Source of the DNA: a bacterium
GTDB lineage: Bacteria > Oederibacteriota > PGYV01 > Palsa-1178
DNA length: 64,000 nt
Direction: 5' to 3'
NCBI GenBank assembly: GCA_037138355.1
Contig: JBAXIL010000002.1
Location: 23,233-87,232 of the forward strand
Part shown: piece after piece, positions 39,146 through 48,945 of the stretch
Layout: the number at the start of each line of letters is the position of its first letter
Numbering within the stretch: the first letter of the stretch is position 1
Position numbers and translations under genes: made by a program
Notes under the pieces: generated by a model
What the model was told of the DNA's origin: nothing
Seen by the model: only the letters and a program-made list of their open reading frames with translations
The model's database searches: none

Positions 39146-41308
39146 TTAATCCACTCTTTCTACTGTCAAAACATCCTTAATCTTCCTTACTGACGACATA
39201 AGCTCCGATAAATGATTCTGTCCTTTTACATTTATAGATAAATCTGCCTGCAAATGATTTTCAAACAAGATACCTGAATTAAAAGAAGATATTAAAGCAT
39301 TATTTTTACCTATTGTTGTCAATATATCGTTGACCAAGTGTTCTCTATTCTTACCTGTTACTTTCAACTTACACATATAATAATTATCTGCCTTTTCATT
39401 CCAGCTGACCTCTACAATAGGTGTTGTTATATTACTCATTGCCAACATGCTACAATTTTTTCTGTGAACTGATATTCCTTTTTTTGTAAATATTCCAGTA
39501 ATGTCATCACCTGGCACTGGATTACAACACTTGGCAAACTTATAAGAAATATCACCAAATTCATCCTGTACAATAATTTCACCTTTAGTCACATGCTTAA
39601 CTCTTTCAAAGCCCGGCACAAATTCTTTTCTTTCTTTTAAAAATCTCGCTATATGATTTGCCACTTTAGCATCAGAAAACTCTCCATAACCTATTCCTGC
39701 AAATATATCGTCTTTATCTTTAACGCTATACTGTTCTATTAGTCCGCCCCACGCATCTTCAGGTATATCTTCTGGTCTGTGCCCATGCTTAACCAATCTT
39801 TCATGTAATAATTTTGTTCCTTTTTCTATATTCTCTTTTATATTTTGATTGGTTCGCAGCCAGTGTCTTACCCTGTTTTTAGCTTTGGCTGTCTTGGCTA
39901 TTTTCAGCCAATCTACAGTGGGGTGCTGAGAAACACCCTTCAGTATTTCAATTCTGTCACCATTTTGAAGTTCATATTTTAGAGTAACCCATTTGCCATT
40001 AACTTTAGCACCTATACACTTATCTCCCAAATCAGAGTGGACGCTATAAGCAAAGTCAAGAACTATAGAACCTTTGATTAGTTCTTTTACTTCACCTTTT
40101 GGCGTAAAAACAAAAACCTCTTCATCAAAAAGATCCACCTTTAATTCTTTTATAAACTCTTCACTCTCTCTCATAGAGCCATGCCATTCCAACAGCTGTC
40201 TTACCCAAGCAAAAGCAGAATCAGTTTTCTTGTCAAAAGCTCTCTCTTCTTTATAATTCCAATGTGCTGCAATACCTTCCTCTGCTATCACATCCATATC
40301 TTTTGTCCTTATCTGTATTTCTACTGGTCTTCCAGCTTCATCTAAAATTGTTGTATGCAAAGACTGATACATATTTGATTTAGGCATAGCTATATAATCC
40401 TTAAATCTGCCCGGAAGTGGCTTCCAGTAATTATGTATTATGCCGAGTATTGTATAACAGTTATTGCTTGTATCTGTTATTACACGCAAAGCAATTAAAT
40501 CATAGATATTTTCAAATCTTTTATTTTCCCTAACCATTTTTTGATATATGGAATAAAAGTGTTTTGACCTACCTGATATTTCATATGTTATATTAAGCTT
40601 TTGAAGTTCACTTCCAAGTATGCTTTTTAGGTCTTCGATTCTTTTTTCGCGTTCTTCTTTTTTTTCAGCGATTTTTCTTGTAATTTCTCTGTATGACTGC
40701 TGATTTAAAACAGCAAATGACATATCTTCAAGTTCGGATTTAACTTTTTCCATACCCAATCTATGTGCTAAAGGCGCGTAAACATTCATGGTTTCATGTG
40801 CTATCACATTTTGCTTTTCTTCATCCAAAAATCTAATTGTACGCATATTATGAAGCCTATCCGCGAGCTTTATTATTATTACTCTTATATCTTTAGCCAT
40901 AGCAAAAAACATTTTTTTTAAGGACTCGCTAAAAATCTGACCTCTCGTCTTGAAAACTTTTGCTGTTACATGACTAACACCTTCTACGAGAAAAGCAGTA
41001 TTTTCTCCTGCTATTTTTTTTATATCTTCCACAGTGTAGGTTGTGTCTTCTATAACATCATGTAAAAACCCAGCAGCAATTGTGACAGCATCCATTTTCA
41101 TTTCTTTCAGGATTTTTGCCACTTCAAGACTGTGAGTTACATACGGTTCCCCAGACATTCTTTTTTGATTTTGATGAGCCTTATAGGCAAGCTCATAAGC
41201 GGTCATGATTAGGGTTACGGCTTTATCATCAAAACCCGAAGCTATAATTTTTGCTTGTTCATCATAATCAATTTTATTTTTTTCCAAAATATGCCTCGCA
41301 CTCTTCAT
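39146..41308 (-). CDS. rel: Bifunctional (p)ppGpp synthetase/hydrolase (HD, SYN, TGS, ZFD, ACT)
   Basis: H..Q.R.SGEPY..H, LHDVIED, KLADRLHNMRT, RFKDYI..PK.N.YQSLHT, EIQIRT, AAHW.YK, CCNPVPGD. Confidence 0.95.
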   Translation of the reverse strand: MKSARHILEKNKIDYDEQAKIIASGFDDKAVTLIMTAYELAYKAHQNQKRMSGEPYVTHSLEVAKILKEMKMDAVTIAAGFLHDVIEDTTYTVEDIKKIAGENTAFLVEGVSHVTAKVFKTRGQIFSESLKKMFFAMAKDIRVIIIKLADRLHNMRTIRFLDEEKQNVIAHETMNVYAPLAHRLGMEKVKSELEDMSFAVLNQQSYREITRKIAEKKEEREKRIEDLKSILGSELQKLNITYEISGRSKHFYSIYQKMVRENKRFENIYDLIALRVITDTSNNCYTILGIIHNYWKPLPGRFKDYIAMPKSNMYQSLHTTILDEAGRPVEIQIRTKDMDVIAEEGIAAHWNYKEERAFDKKTDSAFAWVRQLLEWHGSMRESEEFIKELKVDLFDEEVFVFTPKGEVKELIKGSIVLDFAYSVHSDLGDKCIGAKVNGKWVTLKYELQNGDRIEILKGVSQHPTVDWLKIAKTAKAKNRVRHWLRTNQNIKENIEKGTKLLHERLVKHGHRPEDIPEDAWGGLIEQYSVKDKDDIFAGIGYGEFSDAKVANHIARFLKERKEFVPGFERVKHVTKGEIIVQDEFGDISYKFAKCCNPVPGDDITGIFTKKGISVHRKNCSMLAMSNITTPIVEVSWNEKADNYYMCKLKVTGKNREHLVNDILTTIGKNNALISSFNSGILFENHLQADLSINVKGQNHLSELMSSVRKIKDVLTVERVD

Positions 41309-41957
41309 TTAATTTAAATAATTGTTCAGACAAAAGTGTCTTGCACTTTTCCATGTCAGCCTCTGTCGCATTAGGTGGGACAGTTAAAGGAACCCCGAAC
41401 TTAAATATCCCCTTTGCAAAAGGTAGCATTATTATTGTCTTATCCCATGATTTTAGCCGTATTTTTTTATCACAATAAAAGCCAAAAGGAATTATTGGTA
41501 ACCCAGTAAGTTTTGAAAGATATAAAGTTCCGTTTCCAACACTTTTCTCTGGTCCACGCGGTCCATCTGTATTCATTGCTATATCGTAACCAGCTTCAGC
41601 CATTTTTTTTATTTCCATTAGGCCTGCAGCAGCCCCTTTAAAAGTTGAACCTCTGGCGACTTTAAAACCAAAATTACTCACTATTCTGGCTGCTATCTCA
41701 CCATCTAAACTTACTGAGACAAGAGTAGCAATATTAAGATTTCTATAGTAACACACTGGAGCTATCAACCCTCTGTGCCAAAATGCATAAATGTATGTCC
41801 CTTTTTTATTCTTATAGGGGGTGGTATTTTCTCCGCCTACAACTTTAAATGAATAAGTAAAAGTCAATAGTTTAAGTACTGTTATAAACAAAGGTAGAGC
41901 TAAGTTCATTATTGCCCAATGTTCAAGACTTTTCACAAACTTTGATTTCATAGACAT
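41274..41957 (-). CDS. Lysophospholipid acyltransferase family (DUF374/LpxJ-like)
   Basis: FWH, S.S.DGE, RGS, DGPRGP, SWD....PF. Confidence 0.85.
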   Translation of the reverse strand: MSMKSKFVKSLEHWAIMNLALPLFITVLKLLTFTYSFKVVGGENTTPYKNKKGTYIYAFWHRGLIAPVCYYRNLNIATLVSVSLDGEIAARIVSNFGFKVARGSTFKGAAAGLMEIKKMAEAGYDIAMNTDGPRGPEKSVGNGTLYLSKLTGLPIIPFGFYCDKKIRLKSWDKTIIMLPFAKGIFKFGVPLTVPPNATEADMEKCKTLLSEQLFKLNEECEAYFGKK

Positions 41958-42017
41958 TTCCTTTTTTCCTAATAATATTTTATTAACATATTGCCTTTCT
42001 GTTGAAGCTCATTAAAT

Positions 42018-42043
42018 AAAAAGGCGCAGGATATACCTGCGCC
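42018..42043 (-). terminator. Rho-independent terminator downstream of LysM lipoprotein gene
   Basis: GGCGCAGG-TATAT-CCTGCGCC-TTTTT on minus strand. Confidence 0.85.
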
Positions 42044-42109
42044 ATTTATATATTTCAGCTTTAACGGATATAAGCTTAAAATATGTCCGCCTTGTCTCCG
42101 TTTAACTTA

Positions 42110-42769
42110 TTAATCTTCCTTTTTCTTTTGCAACATCATTAACGAGACAATTACTGCTATAATTCCGAGAAGAATTGTAAGCAAAAGCATTTTATTAGGA
42201 ACGCTTTTGTTATTTGCATTTTTCTCAGGTTCAGGTATTGCTGTTGGTTGAAGTTCTAAACCATGTTTAGAAGAAGTCCCTTCTCCGGCTACCGATGAAG
42301 AAGTTGACTTTGCTGTTTTTATTGTGGCAGATGCCTCTTCGCCCTTTTCTTCTTCGGCTTCTTTACCTGTTGCGGCTTTAACTTCCGCTTCTGGCCAATT
42401 TAACTGCGCGGAACGCTGATTTGCTGCTGCAATCTCAATCGCACTTACATTTCTTGGTATTATAAGCTTAATTCCTTCTTTAATTACTTTAAAGTTATCC
42501 AATATGTCTTTGTTAGCATCAAAAATCAAAGGCCACTGGTATTTATTTCCGTAAATCTCTGCCTTTTCTGAAATAGTTGCAAGAGTGTCGCCTGCTACCA
42601 CAAGATAAGTTGTCGGCAATTCTTCTTTATTTTTCTGTGAAGCCTCATTTGTTACTTGGTTTTGTTCATCAGCTGCACTTTTGACTTTTGTTCCGCCACC
42701 GCATCCAATAAACAAAATCATTCCAACAGCAAAAAGAAGTGTAAAAAAAGCAATTAAAAGTTTTTTCAT
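42110..42769 (-). CDS. LysM lipoprotein with C-terminal TM anchor
   Basis: Lipobox FIGC; YLVVAGDTLATIS...YG....WPLIFDAN; C-terminal hydrophobic helix + KKK; ATG 42769 after GGAGG. Confidence 0.8.
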   Translation of the reverse strand: MKKLLIAFFTLLFAVGMILFIGCGGGTKVKSAADEQNQVTNEASQKNKEELPTTYLVVAGDTLATISEKAEIYGNKYQWPLIFDANKDILDNFKVIKEGIKLIIPRNVSAIEIAAANQRSAQLNWPEAEVKAATGKEAEEEKGEEASATIKTAKSTSSSVAGEGTSSKHGLELQPTAIPEPEKNANNKSVPNKMLLLTILLGIIAVIVSLMMLQKKKED

Positions 42770-42804
42770 TTTTCCTCCCAATTTGAATAATATGTAATAA
42801 AATA

Positions 42805-42832
42805 ATTATATCATTTAAATTTCTCTTGTCAA
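42805..42832 (-). promoter_or_regulatory. Putative sigma70 promoter of LysM gene
   Basis: TTGACA-16 bp-TATAAT with extended TG. Confidence 0.65.
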
Positions 42833-42936
42833 GTTTTTATGCTCAGCTCTCCTTTTTTATCCTTATATTACAGGTGTATATTGATTAATATCAGACCCTG
42901 CCGCGTTATATTTATCATAATCCAATCAATCGGCAA

Positions 42937-42966
42937 TTGACAATATAGCTTAAAAAGAATTATAAT
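42937..42966 (+). promoter_or_regulatory. Putative sigma70 promoter (leaderless) of MFS gene
   Basis: TTGACA-18 bp-TATAAT ending 6 nt before ATG 42973; no SD. Confidence 0.65.
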
Positions 42967-42972
42967 GCCTTC

Positions 42973-44136
42973 ATGGAAAAAGAGAAAAACTTAAAAAGGT
43001 TTATGCTTACAATAGCGCTTTTCATGGCAGCGGCAGTCTTATCAGATGCTTTTGTCAATATTTATCTTTGGAGATTAAAATCTGATTACATCCCCATAAC
43101 ATTATATATGCTCTCCTGTTATTTTACTGTGCCAATAGTATTTTATTTGTGTGGTTATATAGGCATGCGCATTGACCGCGTTACTATATATATAATAGGT
43201 ATCTTCTGCTACATTACTTTTTACTCTATGGTATTGGTTTTTAGGGAGAATATAACCCAGCATGTAATACTTTGGGGTTTTGTTAAGGGACTTGCTATGG
43301 GCTTTTTCTTTTTTGGATATCACATACTTACTTTTGATTATACTTCTACTGCTAACAGAGATTCATTTTATGCTAATGCCTCGATCATATCTGGAGTTAG
43401 CTCGCTACTTGGCCCCGTAACTGCTGGCTTCGTAATTAATTATTATAAGAACTTTTCAGGATATTACATAATATTTGCCTGTTCTCTCGTTTTATTTATC
43501 ACAGCAGTGATTCTTTCCTTTTCCATGAAGTCCACGCCAATAAAAAGGCCTTATAAAATCGAAGACCTCATATTCACAAAAAACAAGAAATGGAAAGATA
43601 CTATGATTGCTTTTCTTTTTCTATCAGGCAAGGATACTATCGCAATGTTTTTGATAGGAATACTTGTATTTAAATCTACTGGTAGTGAGTTTTCATTAGG
43701 CAAGTACACCATGTTTGTGGCAATTGCAACCATTACTACCGCGTGGCTACTTGGGAAATTTTCAAAACCCCATACAAGACAAGGCTATGTGTTGTCAGGA
43801 GCTATTCTTGCTTTTGCTTCTGCATTTCTTTTAATGTATAAAATAAATTTTATTACGCTTTTAATATATGGAATAGTAGGAGCAATAGCTGATTATCTTG
43901 TTAGAATTCCTATCTCGGCACACGCTTTAGATGTCATAAGCTTAGATGCCAAAGCGAGCGAAAGAAAAATGGAATATATAGTAGCAAGGGATGTACCTAT
44001 AGCAATCGGTAGAATTACCATGCTTATTGTTTTTGTATTATTTCTGCAATATATGCCACTTAGCGGTATAAAGGCCATAATAATGCTTATCTCCATATTT
44101 CCTTTTGGTGTTTACTGGGCAATGTATAAGAGATAA
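42973..44136 (+). CDS. MFS-type membrane protein (YqgE-like)
   Basis: ~12 TM helices; FVNIYLW, G...GFF, NRD.F, EYIV.R....IGR. Confidence 0.75.
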   Translation: MEKEKNLKRFMLTIALFMAAAVLSDAFVNIYLWRLKSDYIPITLYMLSCYFTVPIVFYLCGYIGMRIDRVTIYIIGIFCYITFYSMVLVFRENITQHVILWGFVKGLAMGFFFFGYHILTFDYTSTANRDSFYANASIISGVSSLLGPVTAGFVINYYKNFSGYYIIFACSLVLFITAVILSFSMKSTPIKRPYKIEDLIFTKNKKWKDTMIAFLFLSGKDTIAMFLIGILVFKSTGSEFSLGKYTMFVAIATITTAWLLGKFSKPHTRQGYVLSGAILAFASAFLLMYKINFITLLIYGIVGAIADYLVRIPISAHALDVISLDAKASERKMEYIVARDVPIAIGRITMLIVFVLFLQYMPLSGIKAIIMLISIFPFGVYWAMYKR

Positions 44137-44140
44137 AGAA

Positions 44141-45355
44141 TCAGCGATTGTTTTCCATATTTGGTTTATTATCGTCTTGATTATCCTGATTGTTTTTCAA
44201 ATCTTTTTTGTCTTGAATATGTTTCTCTTTTTGTGCTTTCTCATTATTAGCTTGTGCCTCTCCCGTAGTGTCAGTCGTGTCTGGTGGCAAAGCCTCATCA
44301 GCAATATCAGAATTTATTGTTTCAGTATTTAGAGCTTCATTTTGTCTATTCTTATTTTTACTTATTTTTTGACTTTTTTGTTTCTCAGCCATGTTCGATT
44401 TATGTCCCTGCTGTGATTGAGCTTTGGGATCATTGACTTCCTCAGTCGGAACAATAACAGAAGCAGTGTTGCTATCATTTAATATTTCAGTACTGTTTTT
44501 ATCTGATACTTTGATACCAACTTTTTTATTAACTTTAACCTGTCTATTATTTGAGTTGTTATTTCTTTTATTTACTGGAATTAAAGTAGCTTCTGCTCTT
44601 GGACTTTCAATTGTCTTTTTATCGTTTTTTACAGCAGCATTATTTTCGTTTACTATTACTTTATCAACAGCTATTTTACTTTCCATAGGGTTAACACCAA
44701 AAGCTTTGCTATCGTTTCCAGGATTACTATCTTCTGTGCTTAAATCTTGTTTAATTTCTTTTTTGAATTCATGTTCCGTGCCCAGATAAGCAAAGTCCTT
44801 AGAGTATGTCTTTTTCACATAATTCTTTGGTTTAAGCTTATAAGTAATTTTTTCTTTATCGAGCACAAACTCCTCTTCAATTACACCTTGCTCATTAAAT
44901 CTTTTCCAATCCCCATACCTTACACCTTTTTTATACTGACCTATTTCCATAGGTTTACCATTTTCATTATAGAATCTACAAACCCCATCTCGTTCATTGT
45001 TTTTATAAACTATTTCAGCAGCTGGCATATCTGGCTTATAAAAAACCTTAACTAAGCCCTCAATCGTTTTTCCTCTTTTAATAACTGTTTTATTTGGTTG
45101 AAAAATCCACACAGCAACTACTGTATTTCCTTCATAAAAGAAATACCTATTGTTATAAATTTGTAAAATTAAAAATTTTATGGTGTTCATATTATTTCTA
45201 TCTGTAAAATATTGTTCGTTATTAACACCGTACGAATAGCTTGGCTGGGAGGTATGAATCAAATCCGCATAAGGACGATCCACATAGTAAACACATGAGT
45301 TAAAAGCTAAAACCATAAAAATTATAATCACATTGAAACTAAATACTTTTTTCAT
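44141..45355 (-). CDS. Lipoprotein with MORN-variant (YwqK-like) repeats and disordered N/K/Q-rich tail
   Basis: Lipobox FNSC; YKNNERDG..RFYNENG, YKKG.RYG.WK.FNEQG; ATG 45355 after AGGAGG. Confidence 0.65.
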   Translation of the reverse strand: MKKVFSFNVIIIFMVLAFNSCVYYVDRPYADLIHTSQPSYSYGVNNEQYFTDRNNMNTIKFLILQIYNNRYFFYEGNTVVAVWIFQPNKTVIKRGKTIEGLVKVFYKPDMPAAEIVYKNNERDGVCRFYNENGKPMEIGQYKKGVRYGDWKRFNEQGVIEEEFVLDKEKITYKLKPKNYVKKTYSKDFAYLGTEHEFKKEIKQDLSTEDSNPGNDSKAFGVNPMESKIAVDKVIVNENNAAVKNDKKTIESPRAEATLIPVNKRNNNSNNRQVKVNKKVGIKVSDKNSTEILNDSNTASVIVPTEEVNDPKAQSQQGHKSNMAEKQKSQKISKNKNRQNEALNTETINSDIADEALPPDTTDTTGEAQANNEKAQKEKHIQDKKDLKNNQDNQDDNKPNMENNR

Positions 45356-45502
45356 ACCTTTGCCTCCTATTTTTCTATAATTAAATATTAATTGTAGATT
45401 ATTTGGCTTGAAATTCATTTTAACACAAATTAAACAAAAAGCACCACAATTCATGTTGTTACATCATTTTAGTCGTCTTTTACAGATTTTATTAAACAAA
45501 AC

Positions 45503-45534
45503 AAAAAAACCCGAGATTTCTCTCGGGTTTTTTT
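45503..45534. terminator. Rho-independent terminator after rplS
   Basis: A7-cccgaga-tttc-tctcggg-T7. Confidence 0.9.
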
Positions 45535-45558
45535 AAAGATATTATATTTAATACAATA

Positions 45559-46059
45559 TTATTTTTTCTTTCCGCCTTTTTTACTTGCTGCTTTATCTGC
45601 GGCATGTTCAGCTTTTCTTTCGTCTTTTGATTTTGCTTTTTCTGCTTCTATTTCTACAGCTTCCTTATTGATTTCCACTGATTCTGCAGATAAAGTATCT
45701 GAAGCAAATTTCTTTGCTTCTTTCTTTGCTTTTCTTCCAGAATTATCGCGTAGTGAATAAAGTTTTGACTTGGTAGAATCACCCTGTTTTACAACAGTGA
45801 TTGACTCTATCATAGGCGAATGCATTGGAAATGTTCTCTCCACGCCGATTCCGCCTGCAGATATTTTTCTAACTGTAATCATCGAATCAAGATTTGTACC
45901 TTTTTTCGCGATTAAAATACCTTCAAAAGCCTGTATTCTTTCTTTTCCGCCTTCCAAAATCCTTGTATTAACTTTAATCGTCGAACCTACTGCGAGCTTG
46001 TTTGAATCTCTACCTTTTTTCTTGTATATTTTTTCTACAATTTCCCGGATGTTTGCCAT
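45559..46059 (-). CDS. rplS: 50S ribosomal protein L19 with C-terminal K/A/E-rich extension
   Basis: EG.KERIQAFEG, TVRKIS.GIGVERTFP.HSP. Confidence 0.93.
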   Translation of the reverse strand: MANIREIVEKIYKKKGRDSNKLAVGSTIKVNTRILEGGKERIQAFEGILIAKKGTNLDSMITVRKISAGGIGVERTFPMHSPMIESITVVKQGDSTKSKLYSLRDNSGRKAKKEAKKFASDTLSAESVEINKEAVEIEAEKAKSKDERKAEHAADKAASKKGGKKK

Positions 46060-46073
46060 TTTATTAGCTCCTT

Positions 46074-46808
46074 TTATCCTTTTATGTCTTCCAGATTTTT
46101 TTTATCTTCCTTTGTTAATTTTATATTTTCAAGCAGCTCAGGCCTGTTTTTAAATGTTTTAAGCAAAGCCTGTTTTCTGCGCCATTTTTCTATTTCTTTA
46201 TGATTTCCAGATGTTAGAACCTCTGGCACCTTTAAACCCATAAACTCTCTTGGTCTCGTATAGTGAGGATAGTCAAGTATGCCGTTTACAAAAGACTCAT
46301 TAACAGCAGAATCGGCATTTCCGAGCACTCCAGGCAGAAGCCTTATTATGCCTTCTATTATCACTAAAGCTCCAAATTCCCCACCACTTAAAACATAGTC
46401 CCCAATGCATATTTCCTCATCTATGAATTCAAGAACGCGTTCATCCACGCCTTCATACCTACCGCATATCAGTGTCATGCCGTCAAGTTTTGAATACTCT
46501 TCAAGCTTTTTCTGCGTCAACTTCTTCCCCGACGCGCTTAAAAGAACAGTCTTATGCTTCTTATCTTTATTACCACTTCCATCCTTAGCACTTTCTATTG
46601 CTTGATAGACAGGCTCTATCTTCATTACCATGCCTTCGAGCCCGCCGAACGGCACATCATCAGTAGTCTTATGCTTATCTATTGCAAAATCTCTTATATT
46701 GATTACATTAAAACTTACCGCTTTTTTTTCTTTGGCTATCTTTATCATAGAAAAATCTAAAGCCGTTTCAAAAACCTCTGGAAATATCGTAAGTATTGCT
46801 ATTTCCAT
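46074..46808 (-). CDS. trmD: tRNA (guanine-N1)-methyltransferase
   Basis: DD.PFGG..GMVM, CGRYEGVDER, IGDYVLSGGE, LDYPHYTRP, SGNH. Confidence 0.97.
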   Translation of the reverse strand: MEIAILTIFPEVFETALDFSMIKIAKEKKAVSFNVINIRDFAIDKHKTTDDVPFGGLEGMVMKIEPVYQAIESAKDGSGNKDKKHKTVLLSASGKKLTQKKLEEYSKLDGMTLICGRYEGVDERVLEFIDEEICIGDYVLSGGEFGALVIIEGIIRLLPGVLGNADSAVNESFVNGILDYPHYTRPREFMGLKVPEVLTSGNHKEIEKWRRKQALLKTFKNRPELLENIKLTKEDKKNLEDIKG

Positions 46809-46809
46809 T

Positions 46810-47052
46810 TTATTCCTCGTCGACGATCTCTACCGGTATTTTTCTTTTTATACCTTTGTTTATAGAAGCCATAGATATCAGACTTCTGATAGCTTTAATC
46901 GTCTTTCCTTCCCTGCCAATAATATTCTTCGTATCATTTTTTGAAACCTTTACAACATACTTCTTTATAGTGCCATCATCTTGTTCGTTTATTGAAAGCT
47001 TGTCTTTATCATCTACAAGCAGCTCGGCCACAAAATGCAGCAAATCTTTCAT
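46810..47052 (-). CDS. khpA: KH-domain RNA-binding protein
   Basis: LVD, IIGREGKTIKAIR; position between rpsP and trmD. Confidence 0.85.
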   Translation of the reverse strand: MKDLLHFVAELLVDDKDKLSINEQDDGTIKKYVVKVSKNDTKNIIGREGKTIKAIRSLISMASINKGIKRKIPVEIVDEE

Positions 47053-47055
47053 AAT

Positions 47056-47358
47056 TTATTTAGCTGCCTTTTTTGCTTTCTTTTCTTTTTTGACTTTCTT
47101 TTTCTTTACAGGCATTACTACACCATTTTTCTTTAATATTGAGTTCATGGTTGGTGATACTTTTGCACCCTTTGAAACCCAATATGAAGCTCTCTCATTA
47201 TTAAGTTTTATGATCGCAGGATTTTTAATTGGATTATAATGTCCGAGCTCTTCAATATACATTCCACCTTTTGCGGAACGTCTCTCGTCAGCTACAACTA
47301 TCCTGTAAAAAGCCGCGTTTTCCTTACCCATTCTTTTTAACCTGATTACTATTGCCAC
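47056..47358 (-). CDS. rpsP: 30S ribosomal protein S16 with Lys-rich tail
   Basis: IRLKRMG....FYRIVVAD.R, EELG.YNP, W...GA; GTG start at 47358 after AGGAGG. Confidence 0.95.
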   Translation of the reverse strand: MAIVIRLKRMGKENAAFYRIVVADERRSAKGGMYIEELGHYNPIKNPAIIKLNNERASYWVSKGAKVSPTMNSILKKNGVVMPVKKKKVKKEKKAKKAAK

Positions 47359-47459
47359 TTGTATTACCTCCTGGTAAACATAATTTGTATTCAAATTTAA
47401 TTATAAAACTTATATCAACTTTCTTTCCAACTGTTCTATTTGTCGTAAAGCAAAAAATC

Positions 47460-47535
<76 letters not shown>

Positions 47536-47648
47536 AAAATTTGCATTGCAAATTCAGAGAGTTGATAAACCAACTACTCGTTCTTCTACTATTTTCTCTC
47601 TACTTCCACCTGTCTTCATTTTTTAATCTGACAAAGTCAGTTTAAAAA

Positions 47649-47724
47649 TGGTGCCGAGAGACGGATTTGAACCGCCGACGCACAGATTTTCAGTCTGTCG
47701 CTCTACCGACTGAGCTATCTCGGC
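47649..47724 (-). tRNA. tRNA-Phe(GAA)
   Basis: GCCGAGA acceptor, ACAGA-CTGAAAA-TCTGT anticodon arm, GGTTCAAATCC, CCA. Confidence 0.96.
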
Positions 47725-47823
47725 ACCTGAATCGCTGTGTGTAAGTAAAAACAAAATAACAAAAACGCTAATCGTAAAATAAACACAATTACTACTATGC
47801 TTATTTTACAAAAGCGATTAACA

Positions 47824-47852
47824 AGTATAATAAATATGCATAATATTGTCAA
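47824..47852 (-). promoter_or_regulatory. Putative sigma70 promoter of tRNA-Phe/Thr-rpsP operon
   Basis: TTGACA-17 bp-TATACT. Confidence 0.7.
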
Positions 47853-47946
47853 TGAAATAAATGGTTTTTGTTTCGTGTTTTATGTTGAATTTACGCCCCT
47901 ATTCTGCTAACATAACTAAAATTTGTTAATACCACAAGGAGAACTC

Positions 47947-48918
47947 ATGGATATTGATGTAATAATACCCGTTTATAATGGCGAAAAGCATATCAAAAAC
48001 TGCCTTAATTCATTGAAAGAACAGGACTATTCTGGTGGAAAAGTCATCATATATATAGTTGATGACAACTCAAGTGATGCTACAGTTCAAATCGCTCGTG
48101 AAGCAGGATGTAAAATACTCATAAATGGTGCTCGTCACATAGAGCGCGGCAAAGCAATTGGCATAAAAAATAGTGCGTCTGAGCTTGTGTTATTTATGGA
48201 CATAGACAATTACTTTCCAGATAAAAATTGGTTAAGTTCTTCAGTTGAAAAATTAAAAAAACACCCAGAAACAGTTGCCGTAGAATCATGTTGGTTCAAT
48301 TACAGAAGAAGTGACCCTGCTGCAAACAGATATTGTTCTCTCTTTGGTATCAATGACCCCATAGCATTTTACCTTGGAAAAAGAGATAAGTTTATGGCCA
48401 CAGAAACAAACTGGGAGATCTATGGTAAAGCCCAAGATATGGGAGATTACTTTTTAGTTGAGTTCTCAGCCGATAAGGTACCAACATTGGGCAGTCAGGG
48501 ATTTCTAATACGCAGAAAATATCTCGAAATGTGCGAAATAGAACCATATTTTTTTCATATAGAAGGAAACATGGAAATTATAAGCAAAGGTTTTAACAAA
48601 TATATTTTTTTAAAAAATTCTGCAGGTCATAACCATGTAGCTTCCACAAGCGAATTCACAAAGAAATGTTACCGCAATATAATGTTATTTTACAAACATG
48701 CCAGTGAGAGAAAGTATAATTGGCAGAGCAATCAACTTGGATTTATATTGGTGATATTGTCTATGGTTACAGTAGTAAGACCACTTTATGATGCAATTAA
48801 GAACTTTATTAAAAAACCAGATATAGCCTGGTTTTTGCATCCTTATTTTTCTTTTATCGTTCCAGTAATATACGCATTAGAAACCATAAAATTAAAACTT
48901 GGAATTAAAAAATACTAA
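47947..48918 (+). CDS. Glycosyltransferase family 2 with C-terminal TM helices
   Basis: VIIPVYN, VDDNSSD.T, FMDIDN; ATG 47947 after AAGGAG. Confidence 0.88.
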   Translation: MDIDVIIPVYNGEKHIKNCLNSLKEQDYSGGKVIIYIVDDNSSDATVQIAREAGCKILINGARHIERGKAIGIKNSASELVLFMDIDNYFPDKNWLSSSVEKLKKHPETVAVESCWFNYRRSDPAANRYCSLFGINDPIAFYLGKRDKFMATETNWEIYGKAQDMGDYFLVEFSADKVPTLGSQGFLIRRKYLEMCEIEPYFFHIEGNMEIISKGFNKYIFLKNSAGHNHVASTSEFTKKCYRNIMLFYKHASERKYNWQSNQLGFILVILSMVTVVRPLYDAIKNFIKKPDIAWFLHPYFSFIVPVIYALETIKLKLGIKKY

Positions 48919-48945
48919 ATAATTTCTTTATTTAATAAATGGAGT

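Noticed and set aside
42050..42110. Possible frameshifted C-terminal extension (NKLNGDKADIF) or GGA-containing 3' UTR RNA after the LysM gene
   Set aside because: The gene ends cleanly in TAA TAA after a basic tail; the evidence is too weak without homologs
44141..45355. MORN/YwqK-like protein as antitoxin of a toxin-antitoxin pair
   Set aside because: It has a lipoprotein signal, no adjacent toxin gene, and these repeats are generic
47730..47819. Long AT-rich stem in the tRNA-Phe leader (aatcgct...agcgatt, gtaaaataa...ttattttac)
   Set aside because: Plausibly an ordinary precursor processing stem; AT-rich pairing could be chance; no recognisable ncRNA family
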